A DNA stretch of 64,000 bases from an uncultured delta proteobacterium (GCA_963802945.1 CAWDKY010000016.1:224001-288000), one strand, 5' to 3'. Counted from the stretch's first letter, positions 9,868 to 19,727 are shown. Notes: generated by a model not told the origin, from the sequence alone. Translations and numbers: made by a program.

Positions 9868-10824
9868 TGACCGTGCCCTTCTCTGAAAAAAAGATTGATG
9901 AGGACAATCCCGCCAGGGCGGGACAGATGGATAATTTTCAACAACCTGTAACGGTATCGGTGGTCATTTGCACCCTCAACCGTGAAGAACCCTTGATCCA
10001 CGTCCTCGAACTTTTAAAGGAGCAGAGCGTCAGCGCCTTTGGAGATCCTGGTTGTCGATCAAAGCCGGGAACACCAATCAACAACCTGGAATTATTTAAG
10101 GGGAAATCAGGACCGCATCCGCTTACTGACCCTTCTTTCCCCATCGACCACTGCCGCCCGCAACCTGGCCCGGAAAGAAGTCAAGGGTGATCTTGTCCTT
10201 TTCTTGGATGATGATGTCCTTTTTTATCCCACTCTGATACAAAATCATCTGGAAAACTATAAGGACCAGAATCCAGGGGCCGTATCCGGCAAGGTCCTTT
10301 ATGACGGAAGTGAGGAAAATGATTTGCCTTGGGCCGCCAGAATCACCTGCAGCGGGAAATACCTACGAAATTTTACCACCAACCAACGATGCCTGGTCCC
10401 TACTCTTTACGGTTGTAACATGTCTATTCGTCGGGACGTCCTTCTGGAAGTCGGAGAATTTGATTTGAATTACTGGGGTAATCTTTTATGGGAAGAAGTG
10501 GACTATGCCCTACAGATCAGAAAACACGGCTATCAAATCCTGTATGATCCCAAGGCGGCCGTCTTTCATGTCATGGCCCAGAAAGGGGGCAGCAGAAACC
10601 CGCCTCCCCGGCAATATCTGGAAAGCACGGTCTTCAACGATTGGTATTTTTTCTTTAAATATATTTCTGTCTGGTTCTGGCCGTTTTTATTGTACCGCCA
10701 GAAAAAAACTTGGCTTCAATATGTTGCGGCCAATAGAGGCAACAGCATCCCCTTGATTAAACAGACGATTCGAGCCTTTCAACTCGCAAAATTAGAGCAG
10801 GGAAAATATTGTCAAAAATTGTAA
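9867..10824 (+). pseudogene. Glycosyltransferase family 2, frameshifted near 10032 (possible assembly error)
   Basis: VSVVICTLNR in one frame; EILVVDQS, AARN, FLDDD, GCNMS, EEVD in the next frame. Confidence 0.8.
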
Positions 10825-10831
10825 AAAAACC

Positions 10832-10860
10832 TTGACTTGTCCTGATTAAGGCATTATAAT
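10832..10860 (+). promoter_or_regulatory. Sigma70 promoter upstream of csp
   Basis: TTGACT (10832-37), 17-bp spacer, TATAAT (10855-60). Confidence 0.85.
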
Positions 10861-10874
10861 CATTTATAATAAAT

Positions 10875-10970
10875 CCGTCATCGACCCAGTAAGGTGTGGG
10901 TGACGGTCGAAGTTGGTGAACAAGTCGACGGGCCATGGCATCGGAGATTGTATCCTCGGTGCTTTTTTTT
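10875..10970 (+). ncRNA. Structured 5' leader or small RNA ending in a terminator-like hairpin plus U8
   Basis: CCGTCA..TGACGG hairpin, TCGA..TCGA hairpin, then GGCATCGG..TCGGTGCT followed by a T-run, between the promoter and the csp RBS. Confidence 0.55.
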
Positions 10971-11020
10971 GGCGAGTCGTATCCCAACTTGAGAAATATT
11001 TCAAGAGGAGGGATACGACT

Positions 11021-11224
11021 ATGCCAGAAGGAAAAGTAAAGTGGTTCAACGAGAACAAGGGTTTTGGCTTTATTGAAGTTGATGGTCAGGATAAGGATGT
11101 ATTTATTCACCATTCAGCGATCAGTATGCAGGGCTTTAGAACCTTGCAAGAAGGCCAGCGTGTAAGCTTTGACATCGAGCAGGGCAAAAAAGGCCCGGCT
11201 GCGGTCAATGTAAAAACCCTGTAG
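11021..11224 (+). CDS. Cold-shock protein (CspA family)
   Basis: [15 protein letters not shown] (RNP1), DVFIHHSAI (RNP2); RBS GAGGAGG before ATG 11021. Confidence 0.97.
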   Translation: MPEGKVKWFNENKGFGFIEVDGQDKDVFIHHSAISMQGFRTLQEGQRVSFDIEQGKKGPAAVNVKTL

Positions 11225-11245
11225 AAGCTCGTTAATCCTAAAGAC

Positions 11246-11285
11246 AAGAGGGGGGGTTGAATTTTTTCAACTCCCCCTCTTTTTT
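11246..11285 (+). terminator. Intrinsic terminator after csp
   Basis: AAGAGGGGGGGTTGAA-TTT-TTCAACTCCCCCTCTT followed by a T-run. Confidence 0.85.
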
Positions 11286-11324
11286 CTTGGAGACCGTTGG
11301 TCAGGGGATGAACGGTTCTTCCCT

Positions 11325-11357
11325 ATTCTGAATTCTGACTCCTGGATTCTGAATTCC
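11325..11357. repeat. Heptamer array ATTCTGA/CTCCTGG family
   Basis: attctgaattctgactcctggattctgaattc; same family at 43128-43167, 44208-44290, 48497-48533 and 52603-52782. Confidence 0.8.
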
Positions 11358-11376
11358 CAAGAGTTCAAACATTTTT

Positions 11377-12660
11377 TTAAAGATTTACGTGGTAAATCTC
11401 AAAGGCCTTTTGAGTCAGTTCTTCCCTAACAGAGGGATCCGCAATATCGATCAAGGCCTTCATGCGCTCCCGCACCGTCTTGCCTTTCAAGGCCGCTATA
11501 CCGTATTCCGTGATCACGTAGTCCACATCATTTCTGGACGTGGTTACGGCCGCCCCAATCTTGAGTGTAGGGACTATCCTGGAAACGTCTCTGGCGGTAC
11601 TGGGGAGGGCAATAATGGCCTTTCCCCCATCCGATTGCCTGGCCCCTCTCACAAAGTCAAGCTGCCCGCCCACACCGGCGAATTGCTTTGGACCTAAGGT
11701 GTCAGCGCAGACCTGGCCGAGAAGATCCACTTCTAAAGCGGAGTTTATGGCGACCATCTTTTTATTCTGGGCGATGACATAAGGATTGTTGGTGTAATCC
11801 ACGGTGTGCATTTCAAGCATGGGATTGTCATCTACCCAATCATAAAAGGCCCTTGAACCCATCAGGAAAGTCACGACGATCTTGTCTTTGTGGATCGTCT
11901 TTTTTCGGCCAGTGATTATGCCTTTTTCCACCAGATTTTTCGCGCCGTCGGAAATCATTTCCGAATGAATCCCCAGATCCTTGAATCCGGTGAGGTTAGA
12001 AAGCACCGCGTCGGGAATGCCCCCAATTCCAAGCTGGAGACAGCACCCGTCATCGATCAGTTCAGCGGCGTGTCTGCCAATGCTTTTTTCTACCTCCGTC
12101 AACGCGCTGCTCTTCAACTCGATGATGGATTCGTTGACTTCGACAAAATAATCGATGTCCGAAAGAGGAACAAAGGATTGGCCGTGGGTCCTGGGCATGG
12201 TTGGATTGACTTCGGCCATGACTACTTTTGCCGTTTTGACCGCTTTTTTGGTGTAATCCACCGAAACACCCAGACTGCAAAGGCCATTTTTATCAGGAGG
12301 AGAGACCGTGACTATGGCTACATCGACCGGGAGCACGGACTCAAAAAGAGACGGTATTTCTCTGAACACACAGGGCAGGTAATCCGCCCTGTTTTCCCAA
12401 AGCGCATCTCGGGTTGTGGCCCCGGCGAACAAAGAAATATGGCGAAAGCTGGAAGCCAATTCAGGACGGCAATAGAAGGCCTCCCCCATAGAGACCATAT
12501 GGACAATCTCAACATCTCGGAGTTCCCCTGCTCTATTGACCAGTTTCCTGGGTAATATCCGCGGTTCTCCACAGGCGTGGGAAAAAACAATTCTGTCACC
12601 CGAATGGATCTTTTTCACTGCTTCTTCCGCAGTGCAAACATGTTCCTGGTAATAGCCCAT
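11377..12660 (-). CDS. Acetyl-CoA hydrolase/transferase family (4-hydroxybutyrate CoA-transferase-like)
   Basis: LQLGIGGIPDAV, LGIHSEM, INSALEVDLLGQV, GVGGQLDFVRGA, ITEYGIA. Confidence 0.92.
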   Translation of the reverse strand: MGYYQEHVCTAEEAVKKIHSGDRIVFSHACGEPRILPRKLVNRAGELRDVEIVHMVSMGEAFYCRPELASSFRHISLFAGATTRDALWENRADYLPCVFREIPSLFESVLPVDVAIVTVSPPDKNGLCSLGVSVDYTKKAVKTAKVVMAEVNPTMPRTHGQSFVPLSDIDYFVEVNESIIELKSSALTEVEKSIGRHAAELIDDGCCLQLGIGGIPDAVLSNLTGFKDLGIHSEMISDGAKNLVEKGIITGRKKTIHKDKIVVTFLMGSRAFYDWVDDNPMLEMHTVDYTNNPYVIAQNKKMVAINSALEVDLLGQVCADTLGPKQFAGVGGQLDFVRGARQSDGGKAIIALPSTARDVSRIVPTLKIGAAVTTSRNDVDYVITEYGIAALKGKTVRERMKALIDIADPSVREELTQKAFEIYHVNL

Positions 12661-12965
12661 TATTATCTCCCTATCTCGCAAGATTTTATTTTAACGTTTC
12701 CCTTCGACTTCGTCAAGAGAGGAGCATCACCTCCTTATTCCAATTTTGCCGGGCTGTCCGGATATCTTTTAGTTATAATTTAATTGACACACAGGAATGG
12801 ACTTTCTATACTTTTTTTTCAAAAAATATTTTATCAGAATCCATTGGAGTTAAGAATTAATGAGCCATAGGATCAAGGAGCAGGCGATGATGGTCCTTGG
12901 CAATTATGCTCAATATCGACAGCATCTTTCCTGTTAATAGGAAAAAAACTTATGGAGTATTGATT

Positions 12966-13943
12966 ATGCGATACATCATTTTTGGAGCTGGGGCCATCGG
13001 TGGGGTAATCGGTGCGCGTTTGCACCGGGCAGGCAAAGACGTGGTACTCATTGCCCGCGGCCGGCATCTGGAGGCGATCCGGGAGCATGGACTCCGGCTT
13101 GAAACACCGGAATGGACCGAGACTTACAAGATTAAGGCAGTTTCAACTTCGGCCGAAATTCAGTTTCAAGAGAACGATGTGGTCATCCTGGGTATGAAGT
13201 CGCAGGACACCGCCGCTGCACTTAAGGCCCTTCAAACAGCAGCCGGTGGCCGGATACCGGTGGTCTGCACCCAAAACGGAGTGGCCAACGAACGGATGGC
13301 TCTGCGTCGATTTGAGAACGTCTATGCCATGGTCGTCATGCTCCCGGCCACGCATCTGGATCCGGGTGTGGTGCAGCAGAATTCGGCACCGACACCGGGC
13401 ATCCTGGATGCGGGACGGTATCCTCAGGGGACCGATTCTACGATAGAAGCGGTTTGCGCCGATCTCATGGATGCCGACTTCAGCGCTCGAGTCGATAGTT
13501 CGGTGATGCGGCAGAAATACACCAAACTTCTGATGAACCTGGCTAATGCCTTTCAGGCCATTTGCGGATATGATGCGGACGGCAGGGAGTTTCTTAAAGC
13601 CGCCCGGGAAGAGGCGCTGACCTGCTACCGGGCCGCCGGTATTGACTTCGCCACAACCGAGGAATTTCAAAGCCGCCGCGGAAATATCATTCAGGTGAAG
13701 AATATCGGAGACAAGCGAAGATTTGGCAGCTCATCATGGCAAAGCGCAGCACGAGGTACAGGCACCATCGAGGCGGACTGGCTGAACGGTGAGATCTGCC
13801 TGCTGGGGCGCCTTCACGGTGTACCCACGCCCGTAAATCGATTATTGCAGGCCACCGCAAACCGCGCTGCGCGGGAGAAGCTGACTCCGGGCACGATTAC
13901 GCCCGAGGACCTGCGGCGGCAGCTATGGCATCAAGAAGATTGA
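12966..13943 (+). CDS. Ketopantoate reductase (PanE/ApbA) family protein
   Basis: IFGAGAIGG Rossmann motif, QNGV, KLLMN, SSWQS, EADWLNGEI. Confidence 0.88.
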   Translation: MRYIIFGAGAIGGVIGARLHRAGKDVVLIARGRHLEAIREHGLRLETPEWTETYKIKAVSTSAEIQFQENDVVILGMKSQDTAAALKALQTAAGGRIPVVCTQNGVANERMALRRFENVYAMVVMLPATHLDPGVVQQNSAPTPGILDAGRYPQGTDSTIEAVCADLMDADFSARVDSSVMRQKYTKLLMNLANAFQAICGYDADGREFLKAAREEALTCYRAAGIDFATTEEFQSRRGNIIQVKNIGDKRRFGSSSWQSAARGTGTIEADWLNGEICLLGRLHGVPTPVNRLLQATANRAAREKLTPGTITPEDLRRQLWHQED

Positions 13944-14101
13944 GATAAGATGTTGCATGCCTTAAGACTTTTCTCGTTGACAGAAATAAACTGGTTTTAA
14001 ATTAAATTTAGAGAGAAAGTTTAGGATAAAAAATGAACACCCGTCAACTTGGTGGGATTGATTAAAAAACCTTTTTTCAAATTAAGAGATTACAGGAGGT
14101 C

Positions 14102-14887
14102 ATGATGAAACTGCAGGATTTGTACAGCTTGAAAGGTAAGGTCGCCCTGGTTACCGGAGGCGGAAGAGGGATCGGCAAGTTTATTTCCACAGGATTGGCT
14201 GAGGCCGGCGCCGACCTGATCATTACATCTCGCAAGGAGAGAAACCTGGAGGCAGCGGCCCAGGAATTGTCGAAGTCATTTAATGTCCGGGTCTTGCCCA
14301 TTGCCTGCGATATGGCCAAGGAAGAAAATATTGAAAACATGCTCAAGACGGCTACCGAAAAATTTCCTCGTATTGATATCCTGGTAAACAATGCCGGGGC
14401 AACCTGGGGGGCACCGACCCTTAGCTTTCCTCTTGAGAAGTGGGATTATGTTTTCACGATTAATGTCAGAGGCGTATGGATATTGACCCAAAAAATAGCC
14501 AATCTGATGAAGGACTGGGGTGAGGGAACGATCATTAACCTGGCTTCGACCGCCGGTTTGCGGGGAACAACAGAAGAGGGACATCCGGCCGTCCCTTATA
14601 ATTCAACCAAAGCGGCCATTATCAGCTTGACACAGAATTTGGCCATCAAACTGGCGCCTTACCACATCCGGGTCAACGCTATCGCCCCGGGTTATTTCAA
14701 GACTGACATGATGGCCCATGTGACCAGAAACGAAGCCTTCTATAAGATGGCCACTGCGGGTATCCCACTGCAAAAAGCGGGCGACATCGACGATATGAAG
14801 GGTGTGGCCGTCTTTCTGGCCTCCAACGCCTCCCAGTTTATTACCGGCCAGACCATCGTCGTTGACGGCGGTTCCGTTGCCAAATAG
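14102..14887 (+). CDS. Short-chain dehydrogenase/reductase
   Basis: TGGGRGIG, NNAG, YNSTK catalytic motif, VNAIAPG, VDGG. Confidence 0.93.
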   Translation: MMKLQDLYSLKGKVALVTGGGRGIGKFISTGLAEAGADLIITSRKERNLEAAAQELSKSFNVRVLPIACDMAKEENIENMLKTATEKFPRIDILVNNAGATWGAPTLSFPLEKWDYVFTINVRGVWILTQKIANLMKDWGEGTIINLASTAGLRGTTEEGHPAVPYNSTKAAIISLTQNLAIKLAPYHIRVNAIAPGYFKTDMMAHVTRNEAFYKMATAGIPLQKAGDIDDMKGVAVFLASNASQFITGQTIVVDGGSVAK

Positions 14888-14898
14888 GGCACTAAACC

Positions 14899-16158
14899 TT
14901 GGGCAAAGCTTCACATGAATTTCAGATTTTCGTCAAGCCCATTGGGTCCATCTGCAACCTGGGCTGTCATTACTGCTATTACCTGAAAAAAGAGCATCTC
15001 TACCCAAAAGGCGAGACGTTTCGCATGTCCGACGATATCCTGGAAAGATATGTCGTCCAACACATCGAAGCCTCTCCCGCTCCAACGATCAACTTTTCCT
15101 GGCATGGCGGGGAGCCGACCCTCCTGGGTCTTGATTACTTTCGCCGGATCGTGGCCCTTCAGCGCAAACATAAGCCTAACGGCCGCCGCATAACAAATGG
15201 AATGCAGACCAACGGCACCCTCATCGATGAGGAATGGTGCCGTTTCTTGGCCTCAGAGGACTTTGCCGTTGGCTTGAGTCTGGATGGCCCGCAGGAATTG
15301 CACGATCAACACCGGGTTTTCAAGAGTGGAAACCCCACGCATGAAAAGGTGATGCGCGGATACCATTACCTGCGACAGCACAAGGTTCCGGTTGATCTGC
15401 TGTGCGTGGTACAGGCCCATAACGTTCAACATCCCAGCGCGGTTTATCGGTTCTTTAAACAGATCAAGGCCCAATATATGACTTTTCTGCCTTTGGTTGA
15501 ACTGGATACAAATCAGGCCGGCAGCGTCGGCCCTAATTCTGTCCCGGCTGAATCCTGGGGGGATTTTTTATGCGCCATCTTCGACGAATGGAAGACTGAA
15601 GACATCGAACGAATCAAGGTGCAGATATTTGAGGAGACCGCAAGAACTGCTTTCAATCAAGAACATTCGTTGTGTATTTTCAGAAAAACCTGCGGTGATA
15701 TTTCCGTCATCGAACACAATGGGGATTTTTTTTCGTGCGATCATTTCGTCAACCTGGAACATCGCCTGGGAAATATTCAGGAGACACCCATTGTCGATTT
15801 GTTGGAAAGTCCGGCCCAGAGAGCCTTCGGTCAGGCCAAATGGGAGACACTTCCCAGATACTGCCGGAACTGCGAGGTACTGGAGATGTGTTATGGCGGG
15901 TGCCCTAAGGACCGTATCCTGCGTACGCCGGATGGAGAGGCGGGGTTGAACTACTTGTGTGCGGGCTATAAACGTTTTTTCACCCACTGCCGACCTTTTG
16001 TTGACCAGCTATCTGCTTTGTGGCGTCGGAAATCGGTTGAACGGCAAAGTCCTCCAGAGAAGGTCAAGAGCGTTCAGGCTTACCCCAAAGTTGGCCGCAA
16101 CGATCCTTGTCCGTGCGGCAGCGGCCTAAAGTACAAAAAATGCTGTATGGGCAAGTAA
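14899..16158 (+). CDS. Anaerobic sulfatase maturase (radical SAM/SPASM) with C-terminal SEC-C motif
   Basis: CNLGCHYC, WHGGEP, SLDGP, FSCDHFV, CRNC..C.GGCPK, GRNDPCPCGSGLKYKKCC. Confidence 0.92.
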   Translation: MGKASHEFQIFVKPIGSICNLGCHYCYYLKKEHLYPKGETFRMSDDILERYVVQHIEASPAPTINFSWHGGEPTLLGLDYFRRIVALQRKHKPNGRRITNGMQTNGTLIDEEWCRFLASEDFAVGLSLDGPQELHDQHRVFKSGNPTHEKVMRGYHYLRQHKVPVDLLCVVQAHNVQHPSAVYRFFKQIKAQYMTFLPLVELDTNQAGSVGPNSVPAESWGDFLCAIFDEWKTEDIERIKVQIFEETARTAFNQEHSLCIFRKTCGDISVIEHNGDFFSCDHFVNLEHRLGNIQETPIVDLLESPAQRAFGQAKWETLPRYCRNCEVLEMCYGGCPKDRILRTPDGEAGLNYLCAGYKRFFTHCRPFVDQLSALWRRKSVERQSPPEKVKSVQAYPKVGRNDPCPCGSGLKYKKCCMGK

Positions 16159-16215
16159 ACGCGGCTGGATAGAGTTACGGGTTACGAGTTTAAAAAAAAT
16201 ACTTTTCCCTTAACC

Positions 16216-16250
16216 CCTCGCTCCCCGATGGGGCACCACGAAGGATGAAA
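16216..16250 (+). repeat. Dispersed motif CCTC..CCCC..TGGGGCACCACGAA..ATGAAA (second copy at 48428-48467)
   Basis: tggggcaccacgaaggatgaaa versus tggggcaccacgaaacatgaaa. Confidence 0.65.
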
Positions 16251-16276
16251 GGATTGCTTTACCGTAACAATATGGT

Positions 16277-16399
16277 GTCATTCCGGTCCCGCATCAAGTG
16301 CGGGATAAACTCCAGCCGGAATCCAGGTCAATTAAAGCCTCAAACGCCCTGGATGCCGGATCGGGCCTGCCCCGTATTTGATACGGGGTCCGGCATGAC
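16277..16399. repeat. REP-like double palindrome (GTCATTCCGG..CCGGAATCCAG..CTGGATGCCGG..CCGGCATGAC) with inserted micro-palindromes
   Basis: First 50 bp are the exact reverse complement of 17707-17756; second arm matches 25343-25393 at 47/51. Confidence 0.9.
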
Positions 16400-16468
16400 G
16401 GAGAACAAACCAACCCAATTCTTATGGCGTGGTTATTTTCGTCTAAAAATCGTAACTCGTAACACGTA

Positions 16469-16599
16469 ATGGTCTCGCAAAAAGTCGCCGAAAGTCCATT
16501 TTCGTCATTCCGACGAAAGTCGGAATCCAGGAACTTCAATAGGTTATAAAACCCCTGGACCCCGGTTTTCACCAGGGTGACGACTTTTTGCGAGTCCAT
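16469..16599. mobile_element. MITE-like element, 19-bp terminal inverted repeats enclosing a REP-like dimer
   Basis: ATGGTCTCGCAAAAAGTCG / CGACTTTTTGCGAGTCCAT (18/19); interrupts a CGTAACN heptamer array. Confidence 0.8.
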
Positions 16600-16639
16600 C
16601 ACTCGTAACCCGTAACAGGGGATCTTCAAATATCGTTAG

Positions 16640-17500
16640 TTACTTCTTCAGCTTTTCTTTAAAGAAGGCTATAGTACGCTGCCAGGCCAGTTGGGCCGCC
16701 TCCTTATTATATCGTCCGGGGTTGGTATCGTTGTTAAAAGCATGTTGTGCCCCCGCATACATGTATATCTTGTAGTCGATGGCTGCCTTCTTTAGAGCGG
16801 CTTCATAAGCCGGAATGCCTCCATTGATAAATTGATCGATCCCGGCATAATGGAGGAGCAAAGAAGCCTTGATCTTGGGAACATCTTCAGGAGCAGGCTG
16901 TCTTCCATAGTAGGGTACCACAGCCGATACATCCGAAGAGTGTACGGCCAGTTGGTTGGCCATCCCCCCTCCCCAGCAGAAGCCTACGACTCCAACCTTA
17001 CCGGTCGAAACAGGATTGGTTTTTAGAAATTTTACTGCCGCAAGATAGTTTTGTAAGGTTGAAGGCTCATCCAGTTTTTGAATCAACGCCGGCGCTTTTT
17101 CCTGATCTTCCGGAGTCCCCCCTAAAGGAGTTAAGGCATCAGGGGCGACAGCCAGAAAACCCTCCAAAGCGATACGCCTGGCAACGTCTTCGATATGAGG
17201 AACCAGGCCCCTGTTTTCATGGATGACGAGCACGCCAGGCTGCTTTTCCTTGCCTTTCGGCCTCGCCAAATAGGCCCGAATGTCGCCTGTCGCTCCCGGA
17301 TATTTTATAGTTTCCACGAACAGACGAGGTTCATCCTTGGGAACGATCTCGGCTTGAGCGAAATTTTTTTCCAATAAAGGCAGCAGAGTATAAGCAGCGG
17401 CAGTCCCACCGGCCAGAACAGCCAACCTCTTGATAAATTCACGGCGATCAAATAATTCATGGGTGTAGTCGTCGATCAATTCAATGATTTTTTGATCCAT
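16640..17500 (-). CDS. Dienelactone hydrolase family (YghX-like) with twin-arginine-like N-terminus
   Basis: DRREFIKRL, IHENRGL, GFCWGG, HAFNND. Confidence 0.92.
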   Translation of the reverse strand: MDQKIIELIDDYTHELFDRREFIKRLAVLAGGTAAAYTLLPLLEKNFAQAEIVPKDEPRLFVETIKYPGATGDIRAYLARPKGKEKQPGVLVIHENRGLVPHIEDVARRIALEGFLAVAPDALTPLGGTPEDQEKAPALIQKLDEPSTLQNYLAAVKFLKTNPVSTGKVGVVGFCWGGGMANQLAVHSSDVSAVVPYYGRQPAPEDVPKIKASLLLHYAGIDQFINGGIPAYEAALKKAAIDYKIYMYAGAQHAFNNDTNPGRYNKEAAQLAWQRTIAFFKEKLKK

Positions 17501-17637
17501 CTTTTTCTCCTTTCTTTCAGGGATAATACAAATTATTTAACTTTAGCGACAAAAAAGCAAGTTCAATCAAAATTTGTTGCTTGCTTCCCTCCTCTATTTT
17601 TTATATACTTATATCATTCAAAAACCACTCATTAATT

Positions 17638-17781
17638 GAGGTTCTTTCAAATCTCTTAAATTTCGTCACACCGGCGAAAGCCGGTGTCCAGAATGCATTT
17701 AAAAGACTGGATTCCGGCTGGAGTTTATCCCGCACTTGATGCGGGACCGGAATGACATCTCTGGACTTTTGCAAGAGCCTC
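17638..17781. mobile_element. MITE-like element, 14-bp terminal inverted repeats enclosing a REP-like dimer
   Basis: GAGGTTCTTTCAAA / TTTGCAAGAGCCTC (12/14); inside are GTCACACCGGCGAAAGCCGGTGTCCAG ... CTGGATTCCGG..CCGGAATGAC. Confidence 0.7.
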
Positions 17782-17804
17782 TATTTGTAAGGAGGAATGA
17801 GACC

Positions 17805-18545
17805 ATGTACGAAGGGATGATAGCCGAGACAGTTGGTTTTTATGGGTGTGACAATGATCCAATAGAAGGATATCTGGCCCGTCCGCTGGGACCGGGGCCT
17901 TTCCCAGGCGTTATTGTTGTTCATCATCTACCGGGTTGGGATGAAGCAACTAAAGAAATAACCCGTAAACTGGCCTATCACGGCTATGTAGGTTTTTCCC
18001 CACACCTCCACCATCGGGAAGGCCCAGGTACCCCCGATGAACTCTTGGCCAAGGTTTGGGCTGCCGGCATGGTCCCAGACAAACGCTGTATGGGCGATAT
18101 CGATGCAGCCATTCGATATCTGGAGACCCAGTCCTATTACAGCGGCAAGGTCGGCATCATCGGGTATTGTTCCGGTGGCCGGCAGGTTTACTTGGCGGCT
18201 TGCACCATCAAACGCATCAATGCCGCCGTGGATTGTTATGGGGGTCGGGTGGTGGCCAAGCCCGAGGAACTTACCAAAGGTTGGACGGTTGCCCCCATTG
18301 ACCTGACCAAGGATCTGGCCTGTCCCTTGCTGGGTCTGTTTGGCGCCGAAGATCAAAACCCTTCACCTGAGCATGTGAAGCGCATGGAGGAAGAACTCAA
18401 ACGATACAACAAGACCTATGAATTTCACACCTACCCAAACGCCGGTCATGGTTTCTTTTCAGTAGACCGGCCAAGTTACCGGGTAGAGGCTGCCGTTGAC
18501 GGCTGGAAAAAGATCTTTACCTGGTATGAAAAATATTTAAAATGA
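17805..18545 (+). CDS. Dienelactone hydrolase family, cytoplasmic
   Basis: GIIGYCSGG, GLFGAED, AGHGF; RBS AGGAGG before ATG 17805. Confidence 0.92.
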   Translation: MYEGMIAETVGFYGCDNDPIEGYLARPLGPGPFPGVIVVHHLPGWDEATKEITRKLAYHGYVGFSPHLHHREGPGTPDELLAKVWAAGMVPDKRCMGDIDAAIRYLETQSYYSGKVGIIGYCSGGRQVYLAACTIKRINAAVDCYGGRVVAKPEELTKGWTVAPIDLTKDLACPLLGLFGAEDQNPSPEHVKRMEEELKRYNKTYEFHTYPNAGHGFFSVDRPSYRVEAAVDGWKKIFTWYEKYLK

Positions 18546-18736
18546 AAATGGTTATCTAATGAATAAAGTTGAATAGGGGGGAACGCTCTTCTTACCTATG
18601 TGGTTTAGGGATCGGTTAAATCAACCGGCTTCCCCCCAATTCGTCTGAATAGCCAACCCAATTTCTTTTCTTCAAGGCGCAACATAAATAAGTTCTTGCC
18701 CAAACTGCTCAAGGATTAGAGTAAAATATTTTCTTC

Positions 18737-18775
18737 TTGACAATGTAGTCACATAAACATAAAATGTGTCTACAT
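18737..18775 (+). promoter_or_regulatory. Sigma70 promoter with paired operator for the TA locus
   Basis: TTGACA-17-TAAAAT; ATGTAGTCACAT and ATGTGTCTACAT are inverted copies (11/12) overlapping the promoter. Confidence 0.8.
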
Positions 18776-18797
18776 ATTTCCCAGATGGAGAAGAATC

Positions 18798-19088
18798 ATG
18801 AAAAAGGCCGGCGTTCGTGAATTGAGGCTTCATTTCAGTCAATACCTTCAAGAAGTAAAGCAGGGGGAACCATTATTAATTACAGAGCGGGGTGAGGGGG
18901 TTGCCCAAATCCTTCCACTCCTTCCCAATGAAAGCAAACAGGGCAGAAAGATCCAAGCCGCTTTGCGGCAATTGGCTCAAAAAGGTCTTATTCACCTTCC
19001 CCCAAGGCAGAAATTCGCCGGTCCTCCCAAACGGATCAAGATTCCAGGCAAGCCGTTTTCAGAAGCGGTCATAGAGGATCGCAGATGA
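18798..19088 (+). CDS. Phd/YefM family antitoxin
   Basis: GVRELRLHFSQYLQEVKQGEPLLITERG; ends SEAVIEDRR; ATGA overlap with the toxin. Confidence 0.9.
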   Translation: MKKAGVRELRLHFSQYLQEVKQGEPLLITERGEGVAQILPLLPNESKQGRKIQAALRQLAQKGLIHLPPRQKFAGPPKRIKIPGKPFSEAVIEDRR

Positions 19089-19510
19089 TTCTCTACTGTG
19101 ATACTTCCGCTTTGATTAAACGTTATGTCGAAGAAGCAGGAAGCGATCAAGTGGACCGACTTTTTGAGGAAGGGTCGTCCGTGGTCACTTCAACAGTTGC
19201 TTTCGCTGAAATAATGGCCGTTTTTAGACGAAAATATCGAGAAGGCATACTTACCAGAACCGGCTATTCTAAATCGGTCTTGGAATTTAAAAAAGAGTAT
19301 TCCAAACTTATTTTGGTTTCTATAACCCCGGAGTTAAATCAACTTATTGAAAACCTTGTTGTTAAACATCCCTTAAGAGGTTTTGACGCCATCCATCTCG
19401 CTTCGGCCCTGCTGGTTCAAAAAGAAGGCTCTATGAATGTCAATTTCGCCTGCTTTGATCGTGTCTTAAATAAGGCAGCGTCCTCAGAAGGTCTCCTAAT
19501 ATCTTTTTAA
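19085..19510 (+). CDS. vapC: VapC-type PIN toxin
   Basis: YCDTSALIKRY, E, LRGFDAIHLASA, CFD. Confidence 0.9.
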   Translation: MILYCDTSALIKRYVEEAGSDQVDRLFEEGSSVVTSTVAFAEIMAVFRRKYREGILTRTGYSKSVLEFKKEYSKLILVSITPELNQLIENLVVKHPLRGFDAIHLASALLVQKEGSMNVNFACFDRVLNKAASSEGLLISF

Positions 19511-19727
19511 AGGCAAATAAATAAGTATGCTGTCCCCGGATTAAAGATCCTCAAAATGCAGGACAATTTTTTAACAGTAAAATTTTGTTCGGCCCTTCTT
19601 AAACCAGTTTTTTGATCATTTCCTACCGCTGATCCAGCCGACGAGAAGGCCGGCTATTGTATATTCCACCGTGATCCCTAAAAACAAGGTAAGGGCTATA
19701 TAATTTGGATAGTTTATTGGATCGACT

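Noticed and set aside
10913-11020. N-terminal extension of Csp in the ORF track
   Set aside because: Strong RBS and ATG at 11021 give a normal 67-aa Csp; the extension crosses the structured leader
16245-16629. ORFs of 74 and 111 aa (also 25361-25555, 61626-61982, 50773-51033)
   Set aside because: Translations of REP, MITE or tandem-repeat DNA, not credible proteins
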